64,000 nt of DNA from IMG/VR virus record IMGVR_UViG_3300007351_000587; one strand, written 5' to 3'. Made by a program: the position numbers and the translations under genes. Within the stretch, counting starts at the first letter, position 1. Every line of letters starts with the position of its first letter. Positions 38,251 to 45,453 of the stretch are shown here, in pieces. The notes below the pieces were generated by a model that saw only the letters and a list, made by a program, of their open reading frames with translations, was not told the origin of the DNA and ran no database searches. Source of the stretch: a virus.

Positions 38251-38276
38251 AAACCTTTTTAAACGGCCAACGTCTA
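38251..38276 (+). promoter_or_regulatory. ECF-type promoter, copy 4, upstream of the Y-RNA/tRNA/ro60 cluster
   Basis: AAAC 38251-54, N16, CGTCTA 38271-76. Confidence 0.72.
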
Positions 38277-38356
38277 GTTATTAGCGGAAAGGAATTTTAA
38301 GTTTTTCATTATTTTAGGGTTTTCTAATCAAAATAGAACCGCTATAATAATTATAG

Positions 38357-38396
38357 CCTTGGGACGGTTGAGCCAGTTCGACTCTGGCACCGAGGA
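38357..38396 (+). ncRNA. tRNA top-half mimic (acceptor-like stem + T-arm only)
   Basis: CCTTGG/CCGAGG; GCCAG-TTCGACT-CTGGC; ends 2 nt before Y-like element 1. Confidence 0.45.
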
Positions 38397-38398
38397 AT

Positions 38399-38468
38399 AG
38401 ATAACGTGGTGTAGAACAGGGTTACTTCATATGGCGAAAACACCTTGTTCGCTTTGTTCCCGTTATCT
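38399..38468 (+). ncRNA. Y-RNA-like element 1 (short)
   Basis: AGATAACG/CGTTATCT stem; TGGTGTAGA...GTTACTTCA...GC-TTTGTTCC shared motif. Confidence 0.72.
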
Positions 38469-38471
38469 TAT

Positions 38472-38544
38472 TTCGGCGTGGAGAAGTGGTTAACTCGTCA
38501 GCCTCATAAGCTGAAGATCGCTGGTTCAAATCCAGCCGCCGAGA
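38472..38544 (+). tRNA. tRNA-Met(CAT), partly initiator-like
   Basis: TCAGC-CTCATAA-GCTGA; T1:G72; GCTGG-TTCAAAT-CCAGC. Confidence 0.88.
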
Positions 38545-38546
38545 CT

Positions 38547-38617
38547 ACTTCCGTGGTGGAGATTACGAGTACATCACTGTTAATGATCCCAACTCGTAAA
38601 CGTTTGTTCCCGGAAGT
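38547..38617 (+). ncRNA. Y-RNA-like element 2 (short)
   Basis: ACTTCCG/CGGAAGT; TGGTGGAGA; TTACGAGT/ACTCGTAA; TTTGTTCC; apical ATCA-CTGTTAA-TGAT. Confidence 0.72.
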
Positions 38618-38620
38618 TAT

Positions 38621-38695
38621 CTGACTGTGGTGTAGCCTGGTCAACATACGTGCGTTGGAAGCACGGGAGCGCTGGTTCAAATCCAGCCAGTCAGA
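38621..38695 (+). tRNA. tRNA-Pro(TGG)
   Basis: CTGACTG/CAGTCAG-A; CGTGC-GTTGGAA-GCACG; unusual G32 and A37. Confidence 0.8.
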
Positions 38696-38699
38696 CTTT

Positions 38700-39278
38700 A
38701 TGGCAAACTTGTATCATAAGTTTCTGAATAAAAAGAATAATGCTGCTAAAGAGGGTATTGGATTTTATCTTACGTTTACAGAACTGTGTTCTTTGTTAGA
38801 AGAAGCCCAAATTTGTGAAGACGATTGGTCCAATACAGGGTATCATTTAGCTAGATACAACGATGTTGGGGACTACAAAATAGGTAATTGTAGATTTATT
38901 CCTTATCGAGATAATATTAGTGAAAAGAAGATTTCAGAAGCATCTATAAAGGCCGCAAAAATTAATATTAAAAAGGCACTTGTTTCTCTTACTGAAGATC
39001 AGAAGTTTGAAAGAAACAAAAAAGGAGGTAAAAAAGGAGGGGGAAGTAATAAGGTTACTGATAATGAATTGATTGCATTATATGAAAAAGTGTCCCAAAT
39101 AGATTTTAACAAATGGGGATCTAAAGGGGTTGCTGCAAAGATTCTTGGTTGTAGTCATACCCAAATTGTCAGATTGTTGAAGAAATGGAAAAATTTAGGA
39201 TTGATTGAAGAATATAAGAATAGAAAATTGGCCTGTTCGTCTAACGGTCAGGATAACTGGCTTTCATCCAGTAGATAG
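38700..39278 (+). CDS. HNH-like homing endonuclease with C-terminal HTH; 3' end overlaps tRNA-Glu
   Basis: HLARYNDVGDYKIGNCRFI; ATG 38700; stop inside the tRNA-Glu T-arm region. Confidence 0.68.
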   Translation: MANLYHKFLNKKNNAAKEGIGFYLTFTELCSLLEEAQICEDDWSNTGYHLARYNDVGDYKIGNCRFIPYRDNISEKKISEASIKAAKINIKKALVSLTEDQKFERNKKGGKKGGGSNKVTDNELIALYEKVSQIDFNKWGSKGVAAKILGCSHTQIVRLLKKWKNLGLIEEYKNRKLACSSNGQDNWLSSSR

Positions 39279-39301
39279 GGGTTCGATTCCCCTATGGGCT
39301 A
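39230..39301 (+). tRNA. tRNA-Glu(TTC)
   Basis: ACTGG-CTTTCAT-CCAGT; AGGGG-TTCGATT-CCCCT. Confidence 0.85.
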
Positions 39302-39303
39302 AT

Positions 39304-39436
39304 AGCAGCGTGGCGTAGAGATCGGTTACTTCTCAATTGGTATGAGGCGATGTGGGTTCGAGTCCCACCTATAGAGAAATCTATAGTCTTCTAATGGTAG
39401 GATGCTACGTTACTGGTTTCGCTTTTTCCCGTTGCT
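39304..39436 (+). ncRNA. YrlA-type Y RNA (element 3) with permuted tRNA-like domain
   Basis: AGCAGCG/CGTTGCT; TGGCGTAGA; T-arm GTGGG-TTCGAGT-CCCAC; closed acceptor CTATAGA-GAAA-TCTATAG; D-like TCTTCTAATGGTAGGA. Confidence 0.8.
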
Positions 39437-39443
39437 TATTTGT

Positions 39444-39516
39444 GGGCTCGCATGATCCAAGGGGGCGAGGATGCCTTGCAAGCAACCTGTGAAGGGTTCA
39501 ATTCCCTTCGGGTCCA
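39444..39516 (+). tRNA. tRNA-Ala(TGC)
   Basis: G3:T70 pair; loop CTTGCAA; GAAGG-(G)TTCAATT-CCCTTC T-arm. Confidence 0.82.
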
Positions 39517-39518
39517 CT

Positions 39519-39660
39519 GAGTGGTATGGCGTAGAGATGGGATACTTCATAGGAACCGCCAAAGTGTTGGTTCAAATCCAACCCTCCCGACTTATCGGGA
39601 GGTAGCCCAAAAGCAGAGGCAGCGGTAGCAAGACACCTATTTCGCTTTTTCCTACCACTT
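39519..39660 (+). ncRNA. YrlA-type Y RNA (element 4) with permuted tRNA-like domain
   Basis: AGTGGTA/TACCACT; TGGCGTAGA; GTTGG-TTCAAAT-CCAAC; CTCCCGA-CTTA-TCGGGAG; D-like GTAGCCCAAAAGCAGAGGCA. Confidence 0.8.
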
Positions 39661-39666
39661 TAATCT

Positions 39667-39736
39667 TGACTTGTGGCGTAGACAACAGTTACTTCACTTG
39701 TAATGAAAAGCCTGTTGTCGATTTGTTCCCAAGTCA
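39667..39736 (+). ncRNA. Y-RNA-like element 5 (short), followed by a T7 tract
   Basis: TGACTTG/CAAGTCA; TGGCGTAGA; GACAACAG/CTGTTGTC; TTTGTTCC; apical TTCA-CTTGTAA-TGAA. Confidence 0.75.
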
Positions 39737-39775
39737 TTTTTTTATTTCCTTGAATTTCCTTTGAAGGAGGAAACA

Positions 39776-40480
39776 ATGGCGGCTACTAACAAGAAAGTTA
39801 CTGGTATTAACACTTACGAAACTGAGCGTCTTGCCGGTGGATATGGTCCAAAGGCTGCAAGACAGCCTGAAGAACAGCAGCTTCGTAGATTGGTAATGGC
39901 TTGTTTACTTTGGGAAGATATTGCGTATTTGGATGGTGAGAAGGTCGTAGACAGCATTCGCAGTTTGATACATAAGTTGCCAGCTAGTGTGGTATCTAGT
40001 ATTGCAGTTGAAGCTCGTTTCGAGCAGAAATTACGTCATGTTCCCTTGCTGTTGGCTCGGGAACTTGCTCGCCATAAGGATACTTCTTACACTGCTCATA
40101 CTTTGGCTAAGGTAATCCATCGTCCTGATGAATTGTCTGAGTTCTTGTCTTTGTACTGGAAGGACAATAAGGACAAGGATGGTAAGCCAAAGAAGACTTT
40201 GAGCGCACAGGTAAAGAAGGGATTGGCTATTGCATTCAATAAGTTTAATCAGTACCAGTTGTCCAAGTGGGACAAGGATAGCAAGGAAATTAAGCTGCGG
40301 GATGTTATGTTTCTTAGCCATCCAAAGCCAAACCAGGATCAAGTCACTTTGTGGAAGCAGTTGGCAGAGAACAAGTTACCACCAGCTGACACCTGGGAAG
40401 TGATTCTCTCTGGAGCAAAAGAAAATGGTTTGAGCAAGACCCAAGCTTGGGAGAAAATAATTGATATGTGGGTAGATTAA
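39776..40480 (+). CDS. Ro60/Rsr TROVE-domain protein, N-terminal half
   Basis: LRRLVMACLLWED, LRHVPLLLARELA, RPDELSEFL, QVKKGLAIAFNKFNQYQLSKW, LRDVMFLSHPKP, DTWE; AAGGAGG SD. Confidence 0.88.
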   Translation: MAATNKKVTGINTYETERLAGGYGPKAARQPEEQQLRRLVMACLLWEDIAYLDGEKVVDSIRSLIHKLPASVVSSIAVEARFEQKLRHVPLLLARELARHKDTSYTAHTLAKVIHRPDELSEFLSLYWKDNKDKDGKPKKTLSAQVKKGLAIAFNKFNQYQLSKWDKDSKEIKLRDVMFLSHPKPNQDQVTLWKQLAENKLPPADTWEVILSGAKENGLSKTQAWEKIIDMWVD

Positions 40481-41310
40481 TGAACAGAAAAGAATTGCCA
40501 ATTGCTGAAATAGTTTCCTTATACTTACAAGGTATTTCTATAATGCAACTAGCAGAGAAGTACAATGTTTGGACAGGGACGTTAAAGAATAGGCTAGTAG
40601 AAGCCGGAGTTATATTGAGATCTCATAAAGAATCCCTTCAGCAATTATCAGCTAGAAAGTTAATGTCAGATTCTGCAATTGGTAGAGCGTCTTGGAACAA
40701 GGGTCTAACTAAATATACTCATAAAAGTATTGCTTCTGCTGCGAACAAACTGAGAGTTTCTAATATTGGCCATTTTGTAAGCGATGAAACTAAAGAGAAG
40801 CATAGAATTGCTGCAATTAAAAGAGGTAGACGATTTCCATACTATGCTAATTGTGTAGAATGTGGGAGGAATAAAAAAGAAAATCGTTGTAAACTTTGTA
40901 GAAAATGTACATCTAAAAGGGCATTAAGGTTTTGTTCAATTTTAAGAAAGACCAAGCCTGAAATAAAAGTAGAAAAACTGCTTGGTTATTTGTTTGGGCA
41001 GTATTCTCCGTATGAGTATACTGGATCCAGAAGCTTCTGGATTGATTTTTTGAATGACAAGAGGAAAAACCCAGATTTTACAAGTTTTGAGTTGAATAAA
41101 GTTATTGAAGTGTTTGGTAGATATTGGCATAAAGATGAAGATCCGAATGATTTAATAAAACAATATAAAGATGTTGGATGGGATTGTTTAGTTCTTTGGG
41201 AAGATGAAGTGAATGCTGATTCAATCTATAATTTTACATTTCCTTGGGAATATTTAGCTGAAATTGAAAAGTTTAGAAAAGAAGAATTTTATGGGGAGGA
41301 AGTAGCATGA
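40480..41310 (+). CDS. Vsr/DUF559-like homing endonuclease inserted in ro60
   Basis: N-terminal HTH; KTKPE...NPDF...VIEVFGRYWH...LVLWEDE; TAATG and ATGA couplings at both ends. Confidence 0.8.
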   Translation: MNRKELPIAEIVSLYLQGISIMQLAEKYNVWTGTLKNRLVEAGVILRSHKESLQQLSARKLMSDSAIGRASWNKGLTKYTHKSIASAANKLRVSNIGHFVSDETKEKHRIAAIKRGRRFPYYANCVECGRNKKENRCKLCRKCTSKRALRFCSILRKTKPEIKVEKLLGYLFGQYSPYEYTGSRSFWIDFLNDKRKNPDFTSFELNKVIEVFGRYWHKDEDPNDLIKQYKDVGWDCLVLWEDEVNADSIYNFTFPWEYLAEIEKFRKEEFYGEEVA

Positions 41311-42053
41311 CTGTCAGAAATCATTTTGCTATTTTAAAGAATCTGAGAAACATCAAAGAAGCAGGTGTTTCTTCGGAACATATGAAAAAACTCAGAAGGT
41401 CTTTTCTTGATCCTTCTTGGGAAAAGGCAATGACTGTGCCAATAGATTTTATAAAGGCGCAAAAATACATGCCTGAGTTCAGTCGAGAAATAGAAACAGC
41501 AATGTTGTCTTCGTGCAAGGGTTTTCCCAAACTTCCTGGGTTTACAATTTTCATTGTAGACGTTTCAGGCTCTATGGGTGCCCCAATGTCTGGCAAGAGT
41601 GAATTTAATAGAATGGAAGCAGCAGCTGCTATGACTGTATTAGCAGCTGAAATGTGTGAACATATCAGTGTTTATGCAACTGCAGGAAGCGATAGTTATC
41701 GTAAGCATCAAACTGCGAAGATTAATCCTCTTCGTGGATTTGCTTTGTCTGAAAAGATTTTGGAAGCCCAGCATAGACTTGGCGGAGGTGGTATCTTCAC
41801 TCGTCAAGCTTTGGAGTATGTGAAGGAACACGAAAAAGAAACTCCTGATCGTATTGTTGTATTTTCCGATAGTCAGGATTGTGATTGGGAAAACAGTCGT
41901 AAGCCTAATCCTTTTGGAAAGTACAATTATATTGTGGATGTTTCCAACCATCAGCATGGTATCAATTACAAGGGAGTGTGGACTGCTGAAGTTTCCTCTT
42001 GGTCAGAAGGGTTTTTGAAGTATATAGCAGCATCTGAACAATGCTTAAATTGA
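41307..42053 (+). CDS. Ro60/Rsr C-terminal half (end of TROVE + vWA domain)
   Basis: AILKNLRNI; IVDVSGSM MIDAS; RIVVFSDSQD. Confidence 0.88.
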   Translation: MTVRNHFAILKNLRNIKEAGVSSEHMKKLRRSFLDPSWEKAMTVPIDFIKAQKYMPEFSREIETAMLSSCKGFPKLPGFTIFIVDVSGSMGAPMSGKSEFNRMEAAAAMTVLAAEMCEHISVYATAGSDSYRKHQTAKINPLRGFALSEKILEAQHRLGGGGIFTRQALEYVKEHEKETPDRIVVFSDSQDCDWENSRKPNPFGKYNYIVDVSNHQHGINYKGVWTAEVSSWSEGFLKYIAASEQCLN

Positions 42054-42054
42054 A

Positions 42055-42888
42055 ATGAAAAAATGGTTTGGCACTAAATTCAACATGACATCTGGAATTT
42101 ATGTTATGTGTTCGACTATAGATTCCAGATGTTATGTTGGAAGTGCTACTAGATTAGGAAAAAGGTTTAATGGACACAAAAAAGATTTGTGTAGAGGAAG
42201 TCATCCAAATAAGAGATTACAGAATTTTGTTAACAAATATGGAATTGATTGTTTAAGATTTGATATTTTGGAATTTTGTAAAAAGGAGGATTTGATTAGA
42301 CGGGAGCAATATTATATGGATGAACTTAAACCATTTTTCAATATTGCACCTAAAGCTGGTAACACATTAGGAGTTGTTTGTTCTCCTGCGACTAGAGAAA
42401 AAATAAGCAATGCTAATAAGGGAATTACAAAAAAACAACCGCCAGAATGGATTGATAATGTTAGAGCATTGCTTAAAGAAAGAAATGTCTCTCAAGATAT
42501 GAGAGATAAGATTAGAAAAACAAAGAGCACTCCAGTTTCCCAATATTCCTTTGAAGGAAAACATATCAAAGATTGGCCTTCTTCTAAAGAAGTTTATAGA
42601 CAATTGGGAATTGGTGGTGTGATGGCTTGTTGTAAGGGAAAAATGAGAGAATCTGGAGGATTTAGATGGAGATTTACTTCTGAAAACTTGTTGGAACTTC
42701 CTCCTTATAAAAGACATTGTATCAGAAAAGTCAAAAACAATGTGATGAAATCGCCTTTTATTAATAAAGTATGTATTTATTGTTCTGCGCTATATAAAGT
42801 AAGACAGTTTGTTGCTTGGAGAAGTAAATATTGTAGTGAGTCTTGTAAGTTTTTGTATCGTAAGTCTAATAATGCGCCACTGGTATAG
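42055..42888 (+). CDS. GIY-YIG homing endonuclease with NUMOD3/NUMOD1-like domains; 3' end overlaps tRNA-Gly
   Basis: SGIYVM...CYVGSA; VSQYSFEGKHIKDW...GGFRW. Confidence 0.85.
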   Translation: MKKWFGTKFNMTSGIYVMCSTIDSRCYVGSATRLGKRFNGHKKDLCRGSHPNKRLQNFVNKYGIDCLRFDILEFCKKEDLIRREQYYMDELKPFFNIAPKAGNTLGVVCSPATREKISNANKGITKKQPPEWIDNVRALLKERNVSQDMRDKIRKTKSTPVSQYSFEGKHIKDWPSSKEVYRQLGIGGVMACCKGKMRESGGFRWRFTSENLLELPPYKRHCIRKVKNNVMKSPFINKVCIYCSALYKVRQFVAWRSKYCSESCKFLYRKSNNAPLV

Positions 42889-42944
42889 TGGTTGTGCCCT
42901 AGCCTTCCAAGCTAGAGAGACCAGTCCGATTCTGGTGTGGCGCT
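42874..42944 (+). tRNA. tRNA-Gly(TCC)
   Basis: GCGCCAC/GTGGCGC-T; CTAGC-CTTCCAA-GCTAG. Confidence 0.85.
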
Positions 42945-43094
42945 TTTAGCTATTCTGTTATAAGAGTTGCGTACGTCTCTGTAATGGAGAATGAAGGTTT
43001 GGGGTAGTATCCTAGCTATCTTCTGGTAAAATTAAATGGAGATTGATCATCTTCTAATATTAAAACCAGATGAAAACCCATATTTTAAGGATGT

Positions 43095-43337
43095 TTGATG
43101 TTTACTGAAGAAGAGTTTGATGATTGTTTGAGTGCAGCAGCTGCATTAGATGGTAGTTCGATAGTGGATGGCGGGGGAATAGCAGCTGTATACGTAGGAC
43201 GTATTGGTCATTCTTCTAAATGGGTAGCCATAGCTGATTGGTTTAATGAGTTTCATACTGATTCTTTGGGTGAATCTCCTAGTCATGCTCTTAAAAATTT
43301 GACAACTAAGTTAGATAAAATGAAAAGTAAGGCATAA
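43095..43337 (+). CDS. Hypothetical protein
   Basis: ORF track. Confidence 0.55.
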   Translation: MMFTEEEFDDCLSAAAALDGSSIVDGGGIAAVYVGRIGHSSKWVAIADWFNEFHTDSLGESPSHALKNLTTKLDKMKSKA

Positions 43338-43338
43338 T

Positions 43339-43557
43339 ATGTCTGCAAAAGGAATTAAAATAGCAGCTGATGCTCTTGCTTATCTACAAAATGCTAGACA
43401 CCAGTTATTCCAATTAGGATCAAAAGATCCTGAATCTCTCAAATCACAATCTGGTCATCAGGATATCTTGTTGGGTCAATTGTTGGATAATATGAAAGAT
43501 TTTGGTAAGGATAAATTTTCTAAGTTAGTTATGATGGATATAGAAACTATTTCTTAA
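43339..43557 (+). CDS. Hypothetical protein
   Basis: ORF track. Confidence 0.55.
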   Translation: MSAKGIKIAADALAYLQNARHQLFQLGSKDPESLKSQSGHQDILLGQLLDNMKDFGKDKFSKLVMMDIETIS

Positions 43558-43567
43558 AGGTTCAATT

Positions 43568-44377
43568 ATGAAGCCTATTGTTGAAGAGTTAGAAGCCAGA
43601 TGTGTGTTAAATGCTCCAGCAGATCTTGGTACAATTGGAAGTCTTATTGAGTATGGTCCAATTGAGCAAGGCAATCCAGTTCCTTGGGTAACCATGCCTC
43701 CTCCTGGAGGATGGGCTTGGAGTGGTGATCTAACTTGGCCTTGGACAGAGGGTAAAGAATATTGGTCCATTAGTGCTGCAATGACTCAGCCAGATATGTG
43801 GACTGTTCCTTTCCAATGGCCTGAGTTTGTAGGAGCAGGTGAGTGGAGTGTGTTTAGCTCTAGTTATGCTGTGGATTCTCCAATGAATCCATTCCAGATG
43901 ACGCTTCAAAGATTTACACTTCCATATGCTGAGAGTGTTGGAATTGCTATTACAGGTAATTCTGTAACAGTATACCAAGTTGCTGTGGGTAGTTTGTGGA
44001 GTGTTACAACTTTTGATCATGGTGCAAATTGGACACCATGGCAAGAGGTGGTGAATTTGACAAATCCTCCTGCTCCAACTGGATTAGTTCCTTCGTTAGC
44101 GCCATTTGGCTGGTTGGCTGATATGAATGCGTATGAACCAGGACCTGATTTTGATGGTGATGGATGGCCAGATGCTCCTGGAGTTGACCACGCATTAGTT
44201 GTTTATGGGACAATTTTTGCAAACGAAGATGGTACAATTCGTGTTGGTTTTATAAATGGCAACACAATTTATAGCGGTTTAGTTACTGATGGTTCCCTGA
44301 CGACTGAAGAAGTGGATGAATTCTTCCAACAGCCAGATTTGTGGGAATATCAAACCAATATTTGGGGTTCATCATAA
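43568..44377 (+). CDS. Putative exported protein with a Planctomycete-type LExLExRxxL N-terminal motif
   Basis: VEELEARCVLN; DFDGDG Ca-binding-like motif. Confidence 0.65.
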   Translation: MKPIVEELEARCVLNAPADLGTIGSLIEYGPIEQGNPVPWVTMPPPGGWAWSGDLTWPWTEGKEYWSISAAMTQPDMWTVPFQWPEFVGAGEWSVFSSSYAVDSPMNPFQMTLQRFTLPYAESVGIAITGNSVTVYQVAVGSLWSVTTFDHGANWTPWQEVVNLTNPPAPTGLVPSLAPFGWLADMNAYEPGPDFDGDGWPDAPGVDHALVVYGTIFANEDGTIRVGFINGNTIYSGLVTDGSLTTEEVDEFFQQPDLWEYQTNIWGSS

Positions 44378-44386
44378 TTAGGATGA

Positions 44387-44474
44387 GGAAGGTCGGCGAA
44401 GAAGGTTGCGTCGCACTGCGTTGGAAGCGCAGCCACTTTAACAAGTGGAGTGAATTCGAATTTCACACCTTCCG
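44387..44474 (+). tRNA. tRNA-Ser(GGA)
   Basis: GGAAGGT/ACCTTCC-G; CTGCG-TTGGAAG-CGCAG; long variable arm. Confidence 0.85.
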
Positions 44475-44486
44475 CTTGAGGTTATT

Positions 44487-44690
44487 ATGACTGCAAAAGA
44501 TAAAATGATTGAATTGGCTGAAGGTATATTTTTAACCCCATCTGACTACCCTGATGGACCCAAGAAATGGTCTTGGAGAAATTTGAAACCAGGTGAATCA
44601 TTTCAACAACTACCAGAAGAAATTAAAGAATTGTTGAAAGAACTTAAATCTGATGATCTTAAGAATGTACGTTGGCCACCATGGAAATGA
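44487..44690 (+). CDS. Small hypothetical protein
   Basis: GAGG SD; ORF track. Confidence 0.55.
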   Translation: MTAKDKMIELAEGIFLTPSDYPDGPKKWSWRNLKPGESFQQLPEEIKELLKELKSDDLKNVRWPPWK

Positions 44691-44692
44691 AT

Positions 44693-44779
44693 GGAAACTC
44701 GGCAAAGTTGGAGCGTTGCACCAGATTGCTAATCTGGCCGTCTTAATTGACGGTATGAGTTCGAATCTCATAGTTTCCG
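44693..44779 (+). tRNA. tRNA-Ser(GCT)
   Basis: GGAAACT/AGTTTCC-G; CCAGA-TTGCTAA-TCTGG; long variable arm. Confidence 0.88.
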
Positions 44780-44783
44780 CTTT

Positions 44784-44873
44784 GGGATGTAGGCGAATAC
44801 TGGTTTGTCGCACCTAGTTCGAGGCTAGGACCGTTGAAACATTACGGTTAGAGTTCAATTCTCTAGCATCCCG
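44784..44873 (+). tRNA. tRNA-Ser(CGA)
   Basis: GGGATGT/GCATCCC-G; CCTAG-TTCGAGG-CTAGG; long variable arm. Confidence 0.85.
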
Positions 44874-45020
44874 TATGAAAGATGAGCACTTATCCAACAG
44901 AGATAAAAAACTAAAACCAAAAGGCGGTAAGGGTTGGTGCATTTGTGATAAAGTAATTGTTCATCATTATGACAAATGTCCAAATTGTGGTCGAAGGAAT
45001 GGTAGAAAAAGATTTAAGAG

Positions 45021-45251
45021 ATGATAATCAAAACTGAAGGAATTTGTGGTGGAGATGCTAGAGTTGATGGTACTCGTATTCCTGTTTGGATGTTAGAAAT
45101 CTTACGTCAAGCTGGTTGTAGTGAAATTCAAATTCTTAATGAGTATCCTCATTTAAATCTAAATGAATTGCGAGAAGCATTTTCTTATGCTGACAATAAC
45201 AGCAAAGAAATTCAAAATTTGATTAATTTGATTAATTATACCTATGAATAA
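45021..45251 (+). CDS. DUF433-like protein (antitoxin-type HTH)
   Basis: ICGGDARVDGTRIPV...ILNEYPHL...EAFSYA. Confidence 0.82.
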   Translation: MIIKTEGICGGDARVDGTRIPVWMLEILRQAGCSEIQILNEYPHLNLNELREAFSYADNNSKEIQNLINLINYTYE

Positions 45252-45453
45252 ACTCCAAATTCTTGCAATAGAACGTATAATAGAACTAGGACAGGAAGCT
45301 TATTTAATTCATCAGGATTTGAGTAAATGGAGATCTGAACCATATACTGATCTAGTTAAAACTGAGAAGTCTGTTGAATTGAAATCAAAATTAGAACAAC
45401 AGAGATTTTGGTGTAATGCTTTACTAGAAGAATCTGAGGAGGTTGTCAAATAA
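45244..45453 (+). CDS. Hypothetical protein
   Basis: ORF track. Confidence 0.5.
   Translation: MNKLQILAIERIIELGQEAYLIHQDLSKWRSEPYTDLVKTEKSVELKSKLEQQRFWCNALLEESEEVVK

Noticed and set aside
35914-38699. Track starts at 35914 and 38655
   Set aside because: They fall inside tRNA-His and tRNA-Pro; downstream ATGs at 35965 and 38700 are more plausible.
38399-39736. CRISPR array or simple direct repeats
   Set aside because: Repeated motifs are short, embedded in co-varying stems, irregularly spaced and interleaved with tRNAs; no cas genes.
40440-41330. Group I intron or intein in ro60
   Set aside because: The three ORFs are separated by stops and overlap by 1-4 nt, leaving no non-coding core; no intein C/HN motifs. 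Not formally excluded without RT-PCR.
42948-43020. tRNA-Tyr-like remnant (TAGCTA ends, TCTC-TGTAATG-GAGA)
   Set aside because: No recognisable T-arm and a poor anticodon stem; at most a decayed pseudo-tRNA.
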